From an uncultured Verrucomicrobiae bacterium (GTDB taxonomy: Bacteria; Chlamydiota; Chlamydiia; Chlamydiales; Rhabdochlamydiaceae), in the NCBI GenBank assembly GCA_963806855.1, contig CAWDYW010000003.1:416001-480000 (forward strand): a DNA stretch of 64,000 bases, written 5' to 3'. Numbering within the stretch: position 1 is the first letter of the stretch; each line of letters begins with the position of its first letter. This document shows, one piece after another, positions 49,523 through 58,226 of the stretch. Position numbers and translations under genes: made by a program. The notes under the pieces were generated by a model that saw nothing but the letters and a program-made list of their open reading frames with translations, was not told the DNA's origin and did not search any database.

Positions 49523-49905
49523 TTATTTCAAAAAAATTGCTTTTGGCTTGTAGTCGTCTGGAATCGGTCTCCAGACCTTCACTCCAGCCTTTTCGGCCTG
49601 TTCGATCATATTTTGAGTTCCTTTCCCACCAGGGAAGGCCACGACCCCATATGGCATGGTCTCCTCAAGCATTTGCTTGTTTCGGATGTGCCCGGCTCCT
49701 AATCCTAACTGTGCCAGTCGGCAGGAAACGCCAGATATGGCACATTGTGGTCTTTTGCCCACATGCCTGCTATTCTGTCTGCACCGCGGGCGTCCCCATG
49801 GACCAATAAGCCTATGCCGACCTTGGCGTGGAGCCTGTTCAGCACATGGTAAATAATGTGTTGGTCGTGAAAGTCTCTGCCGCCACAAACAATGAATGTC
49901 TTCAT
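49523..49905 (-). pseudogene. SLOG/YspA-like (DUF2493) protein with single frameshift near 49712
   Basis: [22 protein letters not shown] in one frame; AGHIRNKQML..VAFPGGKGT in the -1 frame. Confidence 0.8.
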
Positions 49906-49929
49906 GTCCCCATTATACACAGGCCGCAT

Positions 49930-49964
49930 AAAAAAAAGACCGGATGTTGCCATCCGGTCTTTTT
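49930..49964. terminator. Intrinsic terminator of npt1 (possibly bidirectional)
   Basis: A8-GACCGGATG-TTGC-CATCCGGTC-T5. Confidence 0.85.
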
Positions 49965-49989
49965 GCTTTTGTCGCTGTTAGTTTAAGTC

Positions 49990-51546
49990 TTAGGACTTGG
50001 CTTCAGCAGGCACAGGTTGTGGGCTTGCTGGGGCTTTGACTTCAGATTCGCGCTGGGCTGTGAGCGTAACGAACTGCTTGTTGAGCGCTCGTGCTGCTAC
50101 TATCCAGCCGCCGAGGATGAAGACCATCACAACTGCGACGTATGGTGCAATCAGGGCGACTGATCCTGCGATCATGATCATCCCTTGGTTGACTAGAGCA
50201 CCACCAGCTTTTCCGAAGCGGGCTCCCACGACGTCGATCGCTGCTTTCCCTTTAACCTTAGATTCTTGGTCAAGTGGGATGTAGGCCATCTCTTTGGTCG
50301 GATCGAACAAGGAGTACTTGGTCGCCTTACTCGCAATGTTTTGCGCTGTTCCGAAGACCACCGCAAGCATGAGGGGTGTTGTTCCAAGTGTGGCGATGAT
50401 TCCACCGAGCTGATCTCTGAAGATGACGAACGCGAAGAAGGCTACCCCAGTGACGAGGAGCACAACAGGCGTTGCCAATGCGGCTTTGCCCCATCCGAAT
50501 CTGCGGATGACGTTACCACCAACGAAGAGCATCATCAATAGGGTAAGGACCGCAGTGAATTGGGAGAATGCTCCCATGAAGCCTGCGTACTCAGTTGGGT
50601 TGGGGTATTGGAGTTTCAATTGGTTTTTCCAGGTGACTTCAACCAGCTGGATGCTGATTCCGTAACCGATTACGAGGATGGCCAAGCAAAGGAGGTATTT
50701 GGATTTGAGCAGGTAAGCAAAGCTCTCTTTAAGAGGCATTTTGGGCTTCTCTTTGCTTTTCTTCACGTCGCTTGCTTCGTAGAAACGGGTATCGGTGAGA
50801 ATGTACTTATTGACCCACCAATAGACTCCCATCACCATGACACCTGCGGCTAAAACGATCATTGTGAGCGAATTCAGCGTAAGGGAAAATCCATCGACTC
50901 CAACTGGAGCGCTGCTTCCAACTTTAGAGAAATATTTAATGAGTTCTCCAGAAGGGAGCATCGCTAAGTTAGCGCCGATTCCGAACATTGCATAGAAACG
51001 CTTTGACTCAGAAACACGAGTAATATCGTTGGCAAAGCCCCAGAACAGGAGGGAAAGGGCCATACTACCCCACAGCTCAGACATAATATAGAACAGGCTG
51101 AATGTCCAGTTGCGGAAAATGGCGACGAGTCCACCAAATCCTTTTGGAAGGGCTGCTTGCAATTTGTCAGCAAGTTCGTTGGGGTGGAGGAAGTCGCGAG
51201 CTGGATAGAGGACAAGTGCAAAGATAGCAAAGAAGACGAGGAACGATATAATTGTTGTGTAGAACAGTTTCGTCTTGCTGAGCATATTGCTCAATTTAGC
51301 ATAAATCAACATGAATAAGATCGCGACAGGAAGCACTCCCCACACTTTCAAGAAGGGAATCGCTTCGGCGCCAGAACCTGGAGCTGTTACGATCAGCGCG
51401 TCTTTTGTGTCGCGCAAAATGGTGTAGTTAAAGTTGATGAAGAACATTAATAAAAGCATGGGGATCAGCTTTTTTAGCTCGAATGCGTGGACTGGCCATA
51501 GCATCGATCGCCACTTCCCAAACTCTTTGGTTTTGGTTTCCGACAT
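49990..51546 (-). CDS. npt1: ATP/ADP translocase Npt1 (TLC family)
   Basis: FNYTILRDTKD, IPFLKVWG, ELWGS, FWGFAN, KYSLFDPTKEMAYIPLD, GKAGGA. Confidence 0.95.
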   Translation of the reverse strand: MSETKTKEFGKWRSMLWPVHAFELKKLIPMLLLMFFINFNYTILRDTKDALIVTAPGSGAEAIPFLKVWGVLPVAILFMLIYAKLSNMLSKTKLFYTTIISFLVFFAIFALVLYPARDFLHPNELADKLQAALPKGFGGLVAIFRNWTFSLFYIMSELWGSMALSLLFWGFANDITRVSESKRFYAMFGIGANLAMLPSGELIKYFSKVGSSAPVGVDGFSLTLNSLTMIVLAAGVMVMGVYWWVNKYILTDTRFYEASDVKKSKEKPKMPLKESFAYLLKSKYLLCLAILVIGYGISIQLVEVTWKNQLKLQYPNPTEYAGFMGAFSQFTAVLTLLMMLFVGGNVIRRFGWGKAALATPVVLLVTGVAFFAFVIFRDQLGGIIATLGTTPLMLAVVFGTAQNIASKATKYSLFDPTKEMAYIPLDQESKVKGKAAIDVVGARFGKAGGALVNQGMIMIAGSVALIAPYVAVVMVFILGGWIVAARALNKQFVTLTAQRESEVKAPASPQPVPAEAKS

Positions 51547-51579
51547 AGATTTTCCTTTGTCTTGTTAATAGTTTATCTC

Positions 51580-51753
51580 AGAGGTAGTTGCCAAACCCAG
51601 GTTCAGTCGATTTTAGGGTTCTTTTGAGCCGATTTTCGACTCAAATTTGGGGGGTCATATGCGGGAGGCTGATATTACCCCCCCAAATTTGAGTCGAAAA
51701 TCGGCCAAAATAATCCCGAAAATCGACGAACCCTGGGTTTTGCAACTACCTCT
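51580..51753. repeat. ~175-bp palindromic element (MITE/RPE-like)
   Basis: Arms AGAGGTAGTTGC../..GCAACTACCTCT and CCGATTTTCGACTCAAATTTGGGGGG / its reverse complement. Confidence 0.85.
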
Positions 51754-51799
51754 CAAAATCCAAGGGGAATTATATCTCTTTCTCGATATATTTCCAATC

Positions 51800-51827
51800 A
51801 AAAAATCCCCGCTCATAGGCGGGGATT
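51800..51827 (-). terminator. Intrinsic terminator of CT066-like gene
   Basis: ATCCCCGC..GCGGGGAT hairpin with A-run on plus strand. Confidence 0.7.
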
Positions 51828-51843
51828 CAATCTAAATTTTAAT

Positions 51844-52332
51844 TTAGTTAGAGGATGGGTGCTCAACTGTCATGCAATCGACATAGCTATTCCAGAGTTC
51901 TTGTTCAACTCTGCCATGACGAATTGAGGAAATTAACTCGCGCTTAACAAGTGGTAGTGATTTTTTAGGGCTGAGCATAGAGATGGCTTCTTTATCTCCT
52001 ACAAGGCGTGCGATTTGGAGCATTCTGTCTAATTGTAAACGGGAAAAGGAAACATTATCGCGACGTTTGCGAGATCCGCGTGGGGCTCTACGCTTTGGAG
52101 CAACAGATGAAGGACGATCTGTTTTAATAATAAATTTTTCAATGAGACTTCCCAACTGTTGGGGTTCTCTGTGTTTCATCTTACGCAGGGTAAAATGGTG
52201 CATATAACCGCCGTTATCCATTGGTAAATATTTGCACAGGTCGTTTTCTTTATTTCCACCAACTTTTTTAATTGCTTTTGCAATAATATCTTCAAGCTCT
52301 TTTAAGCTTTTGCCTTTTTGTTCAACTGTCAT
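51844..52332 (-). CDS. Conserved chlamydial protein (CT066-like)
   Basis: KENDLCKYLP..GGYMHHFTLRKMK; between npt1 and ytgA. Confidence 0.8.
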   Translation of the reverse strand: MTVEQKGKSLKELEDIIAKAIKKVGGNKENDLCKYLPMDNGGYMHHFTLRKMKHREPQQLGSLIEKFIIKTDRPSSVAPKRRAPRGSRKRRDNVSFSRLQLDRMLQIARLVGDKEAISMLSPKKSLPLVKRELISSIRHGRVEQELWNSYVDCMTVEHPSSN

Positions 52333-52489
52333 TTTCTTTCCTTATTTGCTATTGTTTTGAAATATGGGGATCTATATATCCCCGGTCATTGAATTAGTTC
52401 AATCATATTCTTGCCTCTGTTTTTTCTCAAGACTATTTTTTTAAAAGGGCTTGCAACTATTGAGAAAAGGGGCTAGTTTTGAACGTAAT

Positions 52490-53530
52490 ATGACTACATT
52501 AAAAGTATTGAAGGACTCAGATTCGGCGCACAATTTGAGCCGGGTCAAAACGGTTTTGGCTGTCGCAGCCGGTAAGGGGGGCGTTGGGAAGTCTTCTGTC
52601 GCGGTCAATTTGGCTTTGGCTCTCAAGAGGAAAGGATATCAGGTAGGGCTTCTCGATGCCGATGTCTATGGCCCCTCTCTGGAGCAGATGCTACCAAAGG
52701 GTTTAGAGCCATCAGATAATCCCGATAACCTTAATAAGCTCTTGCCCGGGATGACTCTCGGGATGCCGTTTATCTCGGTCGCCCATTTTAGAAGGGAGGC
52801 GTCGATTGTTCGGGCGCCGATTGCCAATCAGATTATCGGGCAGTTTCTCGATACGGTCGAATGGGGCGAGCTCGATTTTCTAATCATCGATTTCCCACCC
52901 GGAACGGGAGATATCCAGTTGACCCTCATGCAGAAAGGGCAGATTAGTGGGGCGGTGATGGTCACGACTCCTCAAATCGTGGCGACTATCGATGTACGGA
53001 AGGCAATTCAATTGTTTATTAAGATGAATATTCCGGTGCTTGGGGTGGTAGAAAATATGAGTTATTTTATTGAACCCACTTCGAAGAAGAAACTTACCCC
53101 ATTTGGCAAAGGGGGAGGGGAGGCGCTGGCTAGGGAGTTTGACGTTCCTGTACTCGGGGAGATCCCGATCGATCCGGCGGTATCTGCTGCAGGAGATCGG
53201 GGAGTTTCTTTGTTTGAGTTGGGGGGTGAGGCGGCTGAGGCTTTTGAGGCGATCGGTTCGAAAATATTAGAGATGAAGTTTGAGCAGCCTCAAATTGAGG
53301 TGGTGGCCAGTGGGCCGCACCACTTGATGGTGAAGGGGGCCAGAGTTTCTCTTCATGAGCTCCAAAAGAGATGCCCTTGCGCCCGCTGCAAAATTCAAAA
53401 AAAATGTGACGAAAATGTCTCTTTACTTGAGTTTTCTCCTGTTGGGCGTTATGCTGTAAGGTTAAGTTTTTCTTCGGGCTGTAGTCGCGGAATCTATCCG
53501 ATTACGTTGCTTAAGCAGATAGCGCAATGA
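52490..53530 (+). CDS. mrp: Mrp/NBP35 Fe-S carrier ATPase with C-terminal DUF971-like domain
   Basis: GKGGVGKS, DADVYGPS, DFPPGTGD, VENMS; CPCARC..GRYAV..GIY tail. Confidence 0.9.
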   Translation: MTTLKVLKDSDSAHNLSRVKTVLAVAAGKGGVGKSSVAVNLALALKRKGYQVGLLDADVYGPSLEQMLPKGLEPSDNPDNLNKLLPGMTLGMPFISVAHFRREASIVRAPIANQIIGQFLDTVEWGELDFLIIDFPPGTGDIQLTLMQKGQISGAVMVTTPQIVATIDVRKAIQLFIKMNIPVLGVVENMSYFIEPTSKKKLTPFGKGGGEALAREFDVPVLGEIPIDPAVSAAGDRGVSLFELGGEAAEAFEAIGSKILEMKFEQPQIEVVASGPHHLMVKGARVSLHELQKRCPCARCKIQKKCDENVSLLEFSPVGRYAVRLSFSSGCSRGIYPITLLKQIAQ

Positions 53531-54453
53531 TGAAATTTTTTTTTGCTTTTTTGATCCTTTTTTTCGGCTGTTCTCCCAATGCCTCTTCCACTTGGTTTAA
53601 GGATGATGGGAAGATCAAGGTTTTGTCGACGACGGCGATGATCGATGACTTGGCTCGGCAAATTGGCAAGGATCGTATTGATCATGTCACCCTGATTACA
53701 GGAGAAATTGATCCGCATAGCTATAACTTGGTCAAGGGGGATGATGAGAAGCTCTCCCAGGCGCGCATTGTGTTTGCCAATGGGCTTAATCTTGAGCATG
53801 GGGCAAGTTTGAAATATCAATTGCAACATCACCCTCATACAGTTCTGCTTGGCGATGCGATTGCGAAAAAATTGCCTGAGCGGATGATTGTGATTGGAAA
53901 GGTGACCGATCCCCATGTTTGGATGGATATCTCTCTATGGGCTGAGGGGATCGATACGATTGTCGATGCCCTTGCAGAAGAGGATCCTGAGAATCGTCAG
54001 TTTTACGAAGAGAATGGGGCGGCGCTTTACAAGACGATGATGGCAGCGCATAGACAAGTGACTGAGGAGATGGGTGAGGTGCCAGAGCTTAAGCGCCATC
54101 TTGTCACTAGTCACGATGCATTTAATTATTTCACACGAGCCTATCTTGGCGCCGATTGGGAGCAAAGATGTATCGCGCCAGAGGGGCTTGCTCCAGAAGG
54201 GCAAATCAGCAGCGCCGATATTCAGCGTGTGGTCGATTACATTTGCAAGTATCATGTCGAGGTGATTTTCCCGGAATCCAATGTGAGCCGCGATGCACTC
54301 AGGAAGATTTCGACAGCGTGCGGGCGAAAGATCCGTCTCAGCAAGCTAGCTCTCTATGGCGATGCGATGGGGGGAGTGGGATCGGGCGCCGATACGTATT
54401 TGAAAATGATCGAGCATGATGCTAGGGTGCTGAAAGAAGAATGGCAAAAATGA
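53527..54453 (+). CDS. ytgA: Metal ABC transporter substrate-binding lipoprotein (TroA-like)
   Basis: DPHSY, NGLNLE, DPHVW, HDAFNYF. Confidence 0.9.
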   Translation: MMKFFFAFLILFFGCSPNASSTWFKDDGKIKVLSTTAMIDDLARQIGKDRIDHVTLITGEIDPHSYNLVKGDDEKLSQARIVFANGLNLEHGASLKYQLQHHPHTVLLGDAIAKKLPERMIVIGKVTDPHVWMDISLWAEGIDTIVDALAEEDPENRQFYEENGAALYKTMMAAHRQVTEEMGEVPELKRHLVTSHDAFNYFTRAYLGADWEQRCIAPEGLAPEGQISSADIQRVVDYICKYHVEVIFPESNVSRDALRKISTACGRKIRLSKLALYGDAMGGVGSGADTYLKMIEHDARVLKEEWQK

Positions 54454-55184
54454 ATTGCGCTGTTAAAGTCGAAAAACTAAATGTCAACTATGACCAGACT
54501 CCAGCTATTTGGGGAATCGATTTCGAGATTCCCGAGCATAAACTAGTTGGAATTGTGGGCCCCAATGGAGCGGGAAAGAGTACGCTACTCAAAGCGCTCC
54601 TGGGCACGCTCAAACAAGAGTCAGGTTCTGTTCTCCTTTTTGGAAAACCTTACAAAATGGTTCGTAAACGTATCGCCTATGTGCCGCAGCGCACCACGGT
54701 CGATTGGCACTTTCCGATCAATGTGCTCGATGTTGTTGTGATGGGACGTTACGGGAAATTGGGGCCGCTCAAATGGGTCGGCAAAGAGGATCGCAGGGCT
54801 GCCGAAAAAGCGCTCGATCGGCTCGGCATGCTCCCTTTTGCCCATCGGCAGATCAGTGAACTTTCTGGAGGGCAGCAGCAGCGGGTTTTCCTAGCAAGGG
54901 CGCTACTTCAGGAGGCCGATCTCTATTTCATGGATGAGCCGTTTGCCGGGGTCGATATGGCGACAGAAAAAGCGGTGGTTGAATTGCTGATCTCATTGAA
55001 GGCTGAAGGGAAAACGATGCTGATTGTCCATCACGATTTGACGACAGTGAAGAGCTATTTCGATTGGCTGATTTTGCTAAATGGCTGTTTGATTGGGTGC
55101 GGTCCCGTTGAAGAGGTCTTTACTCAGCAGAATCTCGAAAAGGCCTATGGCCATTCTGCGTTCTTGCGCTTGATGAGGGGCTGA
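54441..55184 (+). CDS. ytgB: Metal ABC transporter ATPase
   Basis: GPNGAGKST, LSGGQQQR, DEPFAGVD. Confidence 0.92.
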   Translation: MAKMNCAVKVEKLNVNYDQTPAIWGIDFEIPEHKLVGIVGPNGAGKSTLLKALLGTLKQESGSVLLFGKPYKMVRKRIAYVPQRTTVDWHFPINVLDVVVMGRYGKLGPLKWVGKEDRRAAEKALDRLGMLPFAHRQISELSGGQQQRVFLARALLQEADLYFMDEPFAGVDMATEKAVVELLISLKAEGKTMLIVHHDLTTVKSYFDWLILLNGCLIGCGPVEEVFTQQNLEKAYGHSAFLRLMRG

Positions 55185-56062
55185 TGCTGGAGTTTTTTAC
55201 CGATCCAGTGTTGCGCGCTCCAACCATCGGCACAATGTTGATGTGTTTTTCAGCGGGGATCATCGGCTGTTTAGTCTTTTTGCAAAAGCGCGCGCTTGTC
55301 GGTGAGGCCCTTTCGCACGCTACCTATCCAGGAGTGGTTCTCAGCGTGGTTTTTGCTGCTATTTTTCTCCCGTTTTCTGAAGATGGAGCAGCTCTGATGA
55401 TTTTGTTCGGAGCCTTTTTGAGCGGGCTACTCGGGCTGGCGGTGATTGGCCATATGGAAAAACGGCTCAAAATCAGCAGCGATGCCGCCCTCTGTTTTGT
55501 TTTGTCGATCTTCTTTGGGATCGGCGTCCTCATCGCCAGCCGCCTTCAAGTGACCCATGCTCTTTGGTTTAGGCAGATCCAGATTTTCTTGTTCGGTCAA
55601 GCGGCGACGATGATCGATGCGCATATTATCCTCTATGCGCTGCTCGCATTGATTGTCACGACAGCGATTGTTCTTCTCTTCCGCTATTTGGAGATTCTCT
55701 ACTTTGACCCGGAATTTGCCAAAGCGGTGGGGATGCGCACCTCTCTGATCAACGGATTGATCCATTGTCTGCTGGTGCTGGCGATTGTCATCGGGATGCG
55801 CAGTGTCGGCGTTGTGCTGATGTCGGGGATGTTGATCGCTCCAGCTGTTGCCGCCCGGCAATGGTCGAAGAAACTCGGTTCATTTTTCATCCTCTCGGCT
55901 GTTTTTGGGATGGTGTCGGGCTTCCTCGGCAACGCCCTTTCAGTTTTAATTCCTAAGTGGGTCGGCCAGCCTAATCTTCCACTCGCAACGGGGCCGATGA
56001 TCATTTTGGTGGCGGCCAGCTTCTGCCTGATCTCTTTCATCTTGAAAAGGAGGCGGGCATGA
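55184..56062 (+). CDS. ytgC: Metal ABC transporter permease (no fused YtgR domain)
   Basis: EALSHATYPG, SDAA, LFGQAA. Confidence 0.88.
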   Translation: MLEFFTDPVLRAPTIGTMLMCFSAGIIGCLVFLQKRALVGEALSHATYPGVVLSVVFAAIFLPFSEDGAALMILFGAFLSGLLGLAVIGHMEKRLKISSDAALCFVLSIFFGIGVLIASRLQVTHALWFRQIQIFLFGQAATMIDAHIILYALLALIVTTAIVLLFRYLEILYFDPEFAKAVGMRTSLINGLIHCLLVLAIVIGMRSVGVVLMSGMLIAPAVAARQWSKKLGSFFILSAVFGMVSGFLGNALSVLIPKWVGQPNLPLATGPMIILVAASFCLISFILKRRRA

Positions 56063-57009
56063 ATCCATACAGCGGGCTCAATTTCTTTCAATTTTTCCCA
56101 GTCTTTTTTGGACGGCTGTTTAAAATTATGAATGGAGCGGAGCTGGCATCCGATGAAATCCAAATTTTCGTCTTAGGGCTCATTTCGATCGCCGCGGCCC
56201 TGATTGGGACTCTCCTTGTCCTCAAACGGATGAGCATGCTCGCCAATTCGCTCTCCCATACCATTCTGCTCGGGATTGTCGTCGCCTATTTGCTTTTCGC
56301 TTCTCGAGCGGGAGAAGAGCTCGGGATGAATTTTTCGATTTTGATCGCCGCCGCCCTGGTAACTGGGATCCTCACCACGGTGCTCACCCAATTTTTAAAT
56401 CATGTGGTGAAGCTGCAAGAAGATGCGAGCATCGGCCTGGTTTTCACCACCCTTTTCGCTTTGGGGATCATCTTGGTTACCCTCTATACGCGCAATGCCC
56501 ATATCGGCCTCGAAGTGGTGATGGGCAATCCCGACGCTCTCCACCTCAACGATCTCAAAATTGCTTTAGGGGTCGCCCTGACCAATGTCCTCTTTATCGT
56601 CCTCTTTTTCAAAGAGTGGAAGCTCGTTTGCTTCGATCAGGGCTTGGCGGTCAGTTTGGGAGTGAGGCCTGCCCTCTACAATTATCTGCTTATGTTGCTC
56701 ACCAGTGCAACGGCGATCAGCGCGTTTCGGGCCGTCGGGGTTCTGCTGTTTTTGGCCTTTTTGGTCGGGCTCCCCCTGACAGCCCGATTGCTCACCCATA
56801 ATCTGCGGACGATGATGCTGCTCTCCTGTGGCTTCGGGCTCCTCTGCTCCCTTTTCGCCGTCGCCCTCGCCCGCCATTTCCTGACGGTCTATCGGGCGCC
56901 GCTCTCTACCGCGGGGATGGTTGTGGTGATGATCGGCCTTAGCTTTGTGGTGGCTCTTCTTTGCCGGACATTTTCAACGCAAAGACGCCAAAGCGCAAAG
57001 ACGCAATAA
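56059..57009 (+). CDS. ytgD: Metal ABC transporter permease
   Basis: MNPYSG.., NSLSHTILLG, EDASIGLVFT. Confidence 0.88.
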   Translation: MNPYSGLNFFQFFPVFFGRLFKIMNGAELASDEIQIFVLGLISIAAALIGTLLVLKRMSMLANSLSHTILLGIVVAYLLFASRAGEELGMNFSILIAAALVTGILTTVLTQFLNHVVKLQEDASIGLVFTTLFALGIILVTLYTRNAHIGLEVVMGNPDALHLNDLKIALGVALTNVLFIVLFFKEWKLVCFDQGLAVSLGVRPALYNYLLMLLTSATAISAFRAVGVLLFLAFLVGLPLTARLLTHNLRTMMLLSCGFGLLCSLFAVALARHFLTVYRAPLSTAGMVVVMIGLSFVVALLCRTFSTQRRQSAKTQ

Positions 57010-57055
57010 AAAAAATAATTTTTGCGTCTTTGCGCCTTTGCGTCTTTGCGTTGAA
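56973..57055. repeat. REP-like inverted repeat built from CGCAAAG(A) units
   Basis: TTCAACGCAAAGACGC..CGCAAAGACGCAA / TTGCGTCTTTGCG..GCGTCTTTGCGTTGAA. Confidence 0.8.
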
Positions 57056-57077
57056 CTTTAAGCAAAATTTGTACATA

Positions 57078-58223
57078 ATGGATTTGATGAAACGGATCGG
57101 AATTCTAGGAAGCACTGGATCAATAGGAAGAGGCGCTCTTCAAGTGATCCAGCACCTCAAGGATCATTTACAAGTAACTGCCTTAGCCGCAAAATCTAAT
57201 ATCGATCTGCTCGAGCAGCAGGCAAGACTCTTTCGCCCTGAAATCGTCGCTGTTTGGGATGAAGAAAAAGCGAAAGAACTGCAAAAGAGACTGCCCGGCA
57301 TGCAGGTCCTCGGCGGCTTAAATGGCGTCTGTGCCGTGGCGACCCATTCGTCGGTTGATTTGCTCCTGTCGGCTATTGCCGGTTTTGAGGGGGTATTGCC
57401 GACTCTGCGGGCCATCGAAGCGAAAAAAAATATTGCCCTGGCCAATAAAGAGGCGCTCGTTGCAGCCGGAAAGTTGGTGCTCGAGCTGGTTAAAACGCAT
57501 GGTGTCGACCTGATCCCGGTCGATAGCGAGCATACGGCGATTCTCCAATGTTTGAAGGGAGAAGAGCGGGATCAGATTCGGCGGATTATCCTGACAGCAT
57601 CTGGCGGCCCATTCCGAGATATCGCGACCGAGCGGCTGGGAAGTATCAGTGTGACCGACGCCCTCGCGCATCCCAACTATCGGATGGGGCCAAAAGTGAC
57701 GATCGACTCCTCGACGATGATGAACAAAGGACTCGAGATGATCGAGACCCACTACCTCTATGGCGTGGCAATCGATCAAATCGAAGTGGTGATCCACCCT
57801 GAGCAGGTCATTCACAGCATGGTTGAATTCAACGACCGGTCGATTATGGCGCAGATGGGTGAGCCGAATATGCTCGTCCCGATCCAAGTGGCTCTGACTC
57901 ATCCCGATCGAATGGAAGGGATCCTTAAGCCCTATGACTTCACGAAGGCCCACTCGATGCGCTTTGCTCCCTGGGATCAAGATAAATATCGGTGCTTGGG
58001 GCTGGCGTATAGCTCTCTGCGGGAAGGGGGGAGTATGCCCTGCTTCATGAATGCAGCCAATGAAGTGCTTGTCGAGCGGTTTTTGGGTAAGGAAATCGGG
58101 TGGTTGGACATCAGTCAAAAACTGCAAACCCTAATGGAAAAGCACCAGGTTGCGACTCCACAAAATTATGAAGATTTCGCTAGCATCGATCAGCTAGCAC
58201 GTCATCTTGCTAAAAGGATTTAA
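57078..58223 (+). CDS. dxr: 1-deoxy-D-xylulose-5-phosphate reductoisomerase
   Basis: LGSTGSIG, LANKE, PVDSEH, TASGGPF, MGPKVTIDS, NKGLE. Confidence 0.96.
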   Translation: MDLMKRIGILGSTGSIGRGALQVIQHLKDHLQVTALAAKSNIDLLEQQARLFRPEIVAVWDEEKAKELQKRLPGMQVLGGLNGVCAVATHSSVDLLLSAIAGFEGVLPTLRAIEAKKNIALANKEALVAAGKLVLELVKTHGVDLIPVDSEHTAILQCLKGEERDQIRRIILTASGGPFRDIATERLGSISVTDALAHPNYRMGPKVTIDSSTMMNKGLEMIETHYLYGVAIDQIEVVIHPEQVIHSMVEFNDRSIMAQMGEPNMLVPIQVALTHPDRMEGILKPYDFTKAHSMRFAPWDQDKYRCLGLAYSSLREGGSMPCFMNAANEVLVERFLGKEIGWLDISQKLQTLMEKHQVATPQNYEDFASIDQLARHLAKRI

Positions 58224-58226
58224 AAC

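Noticed and set aside
57318..58127. 269-aa antisense ORF over dxr, and others over gnd and dnaA
   Set aside because: Antisense shadows of conserved GC3-rich genes
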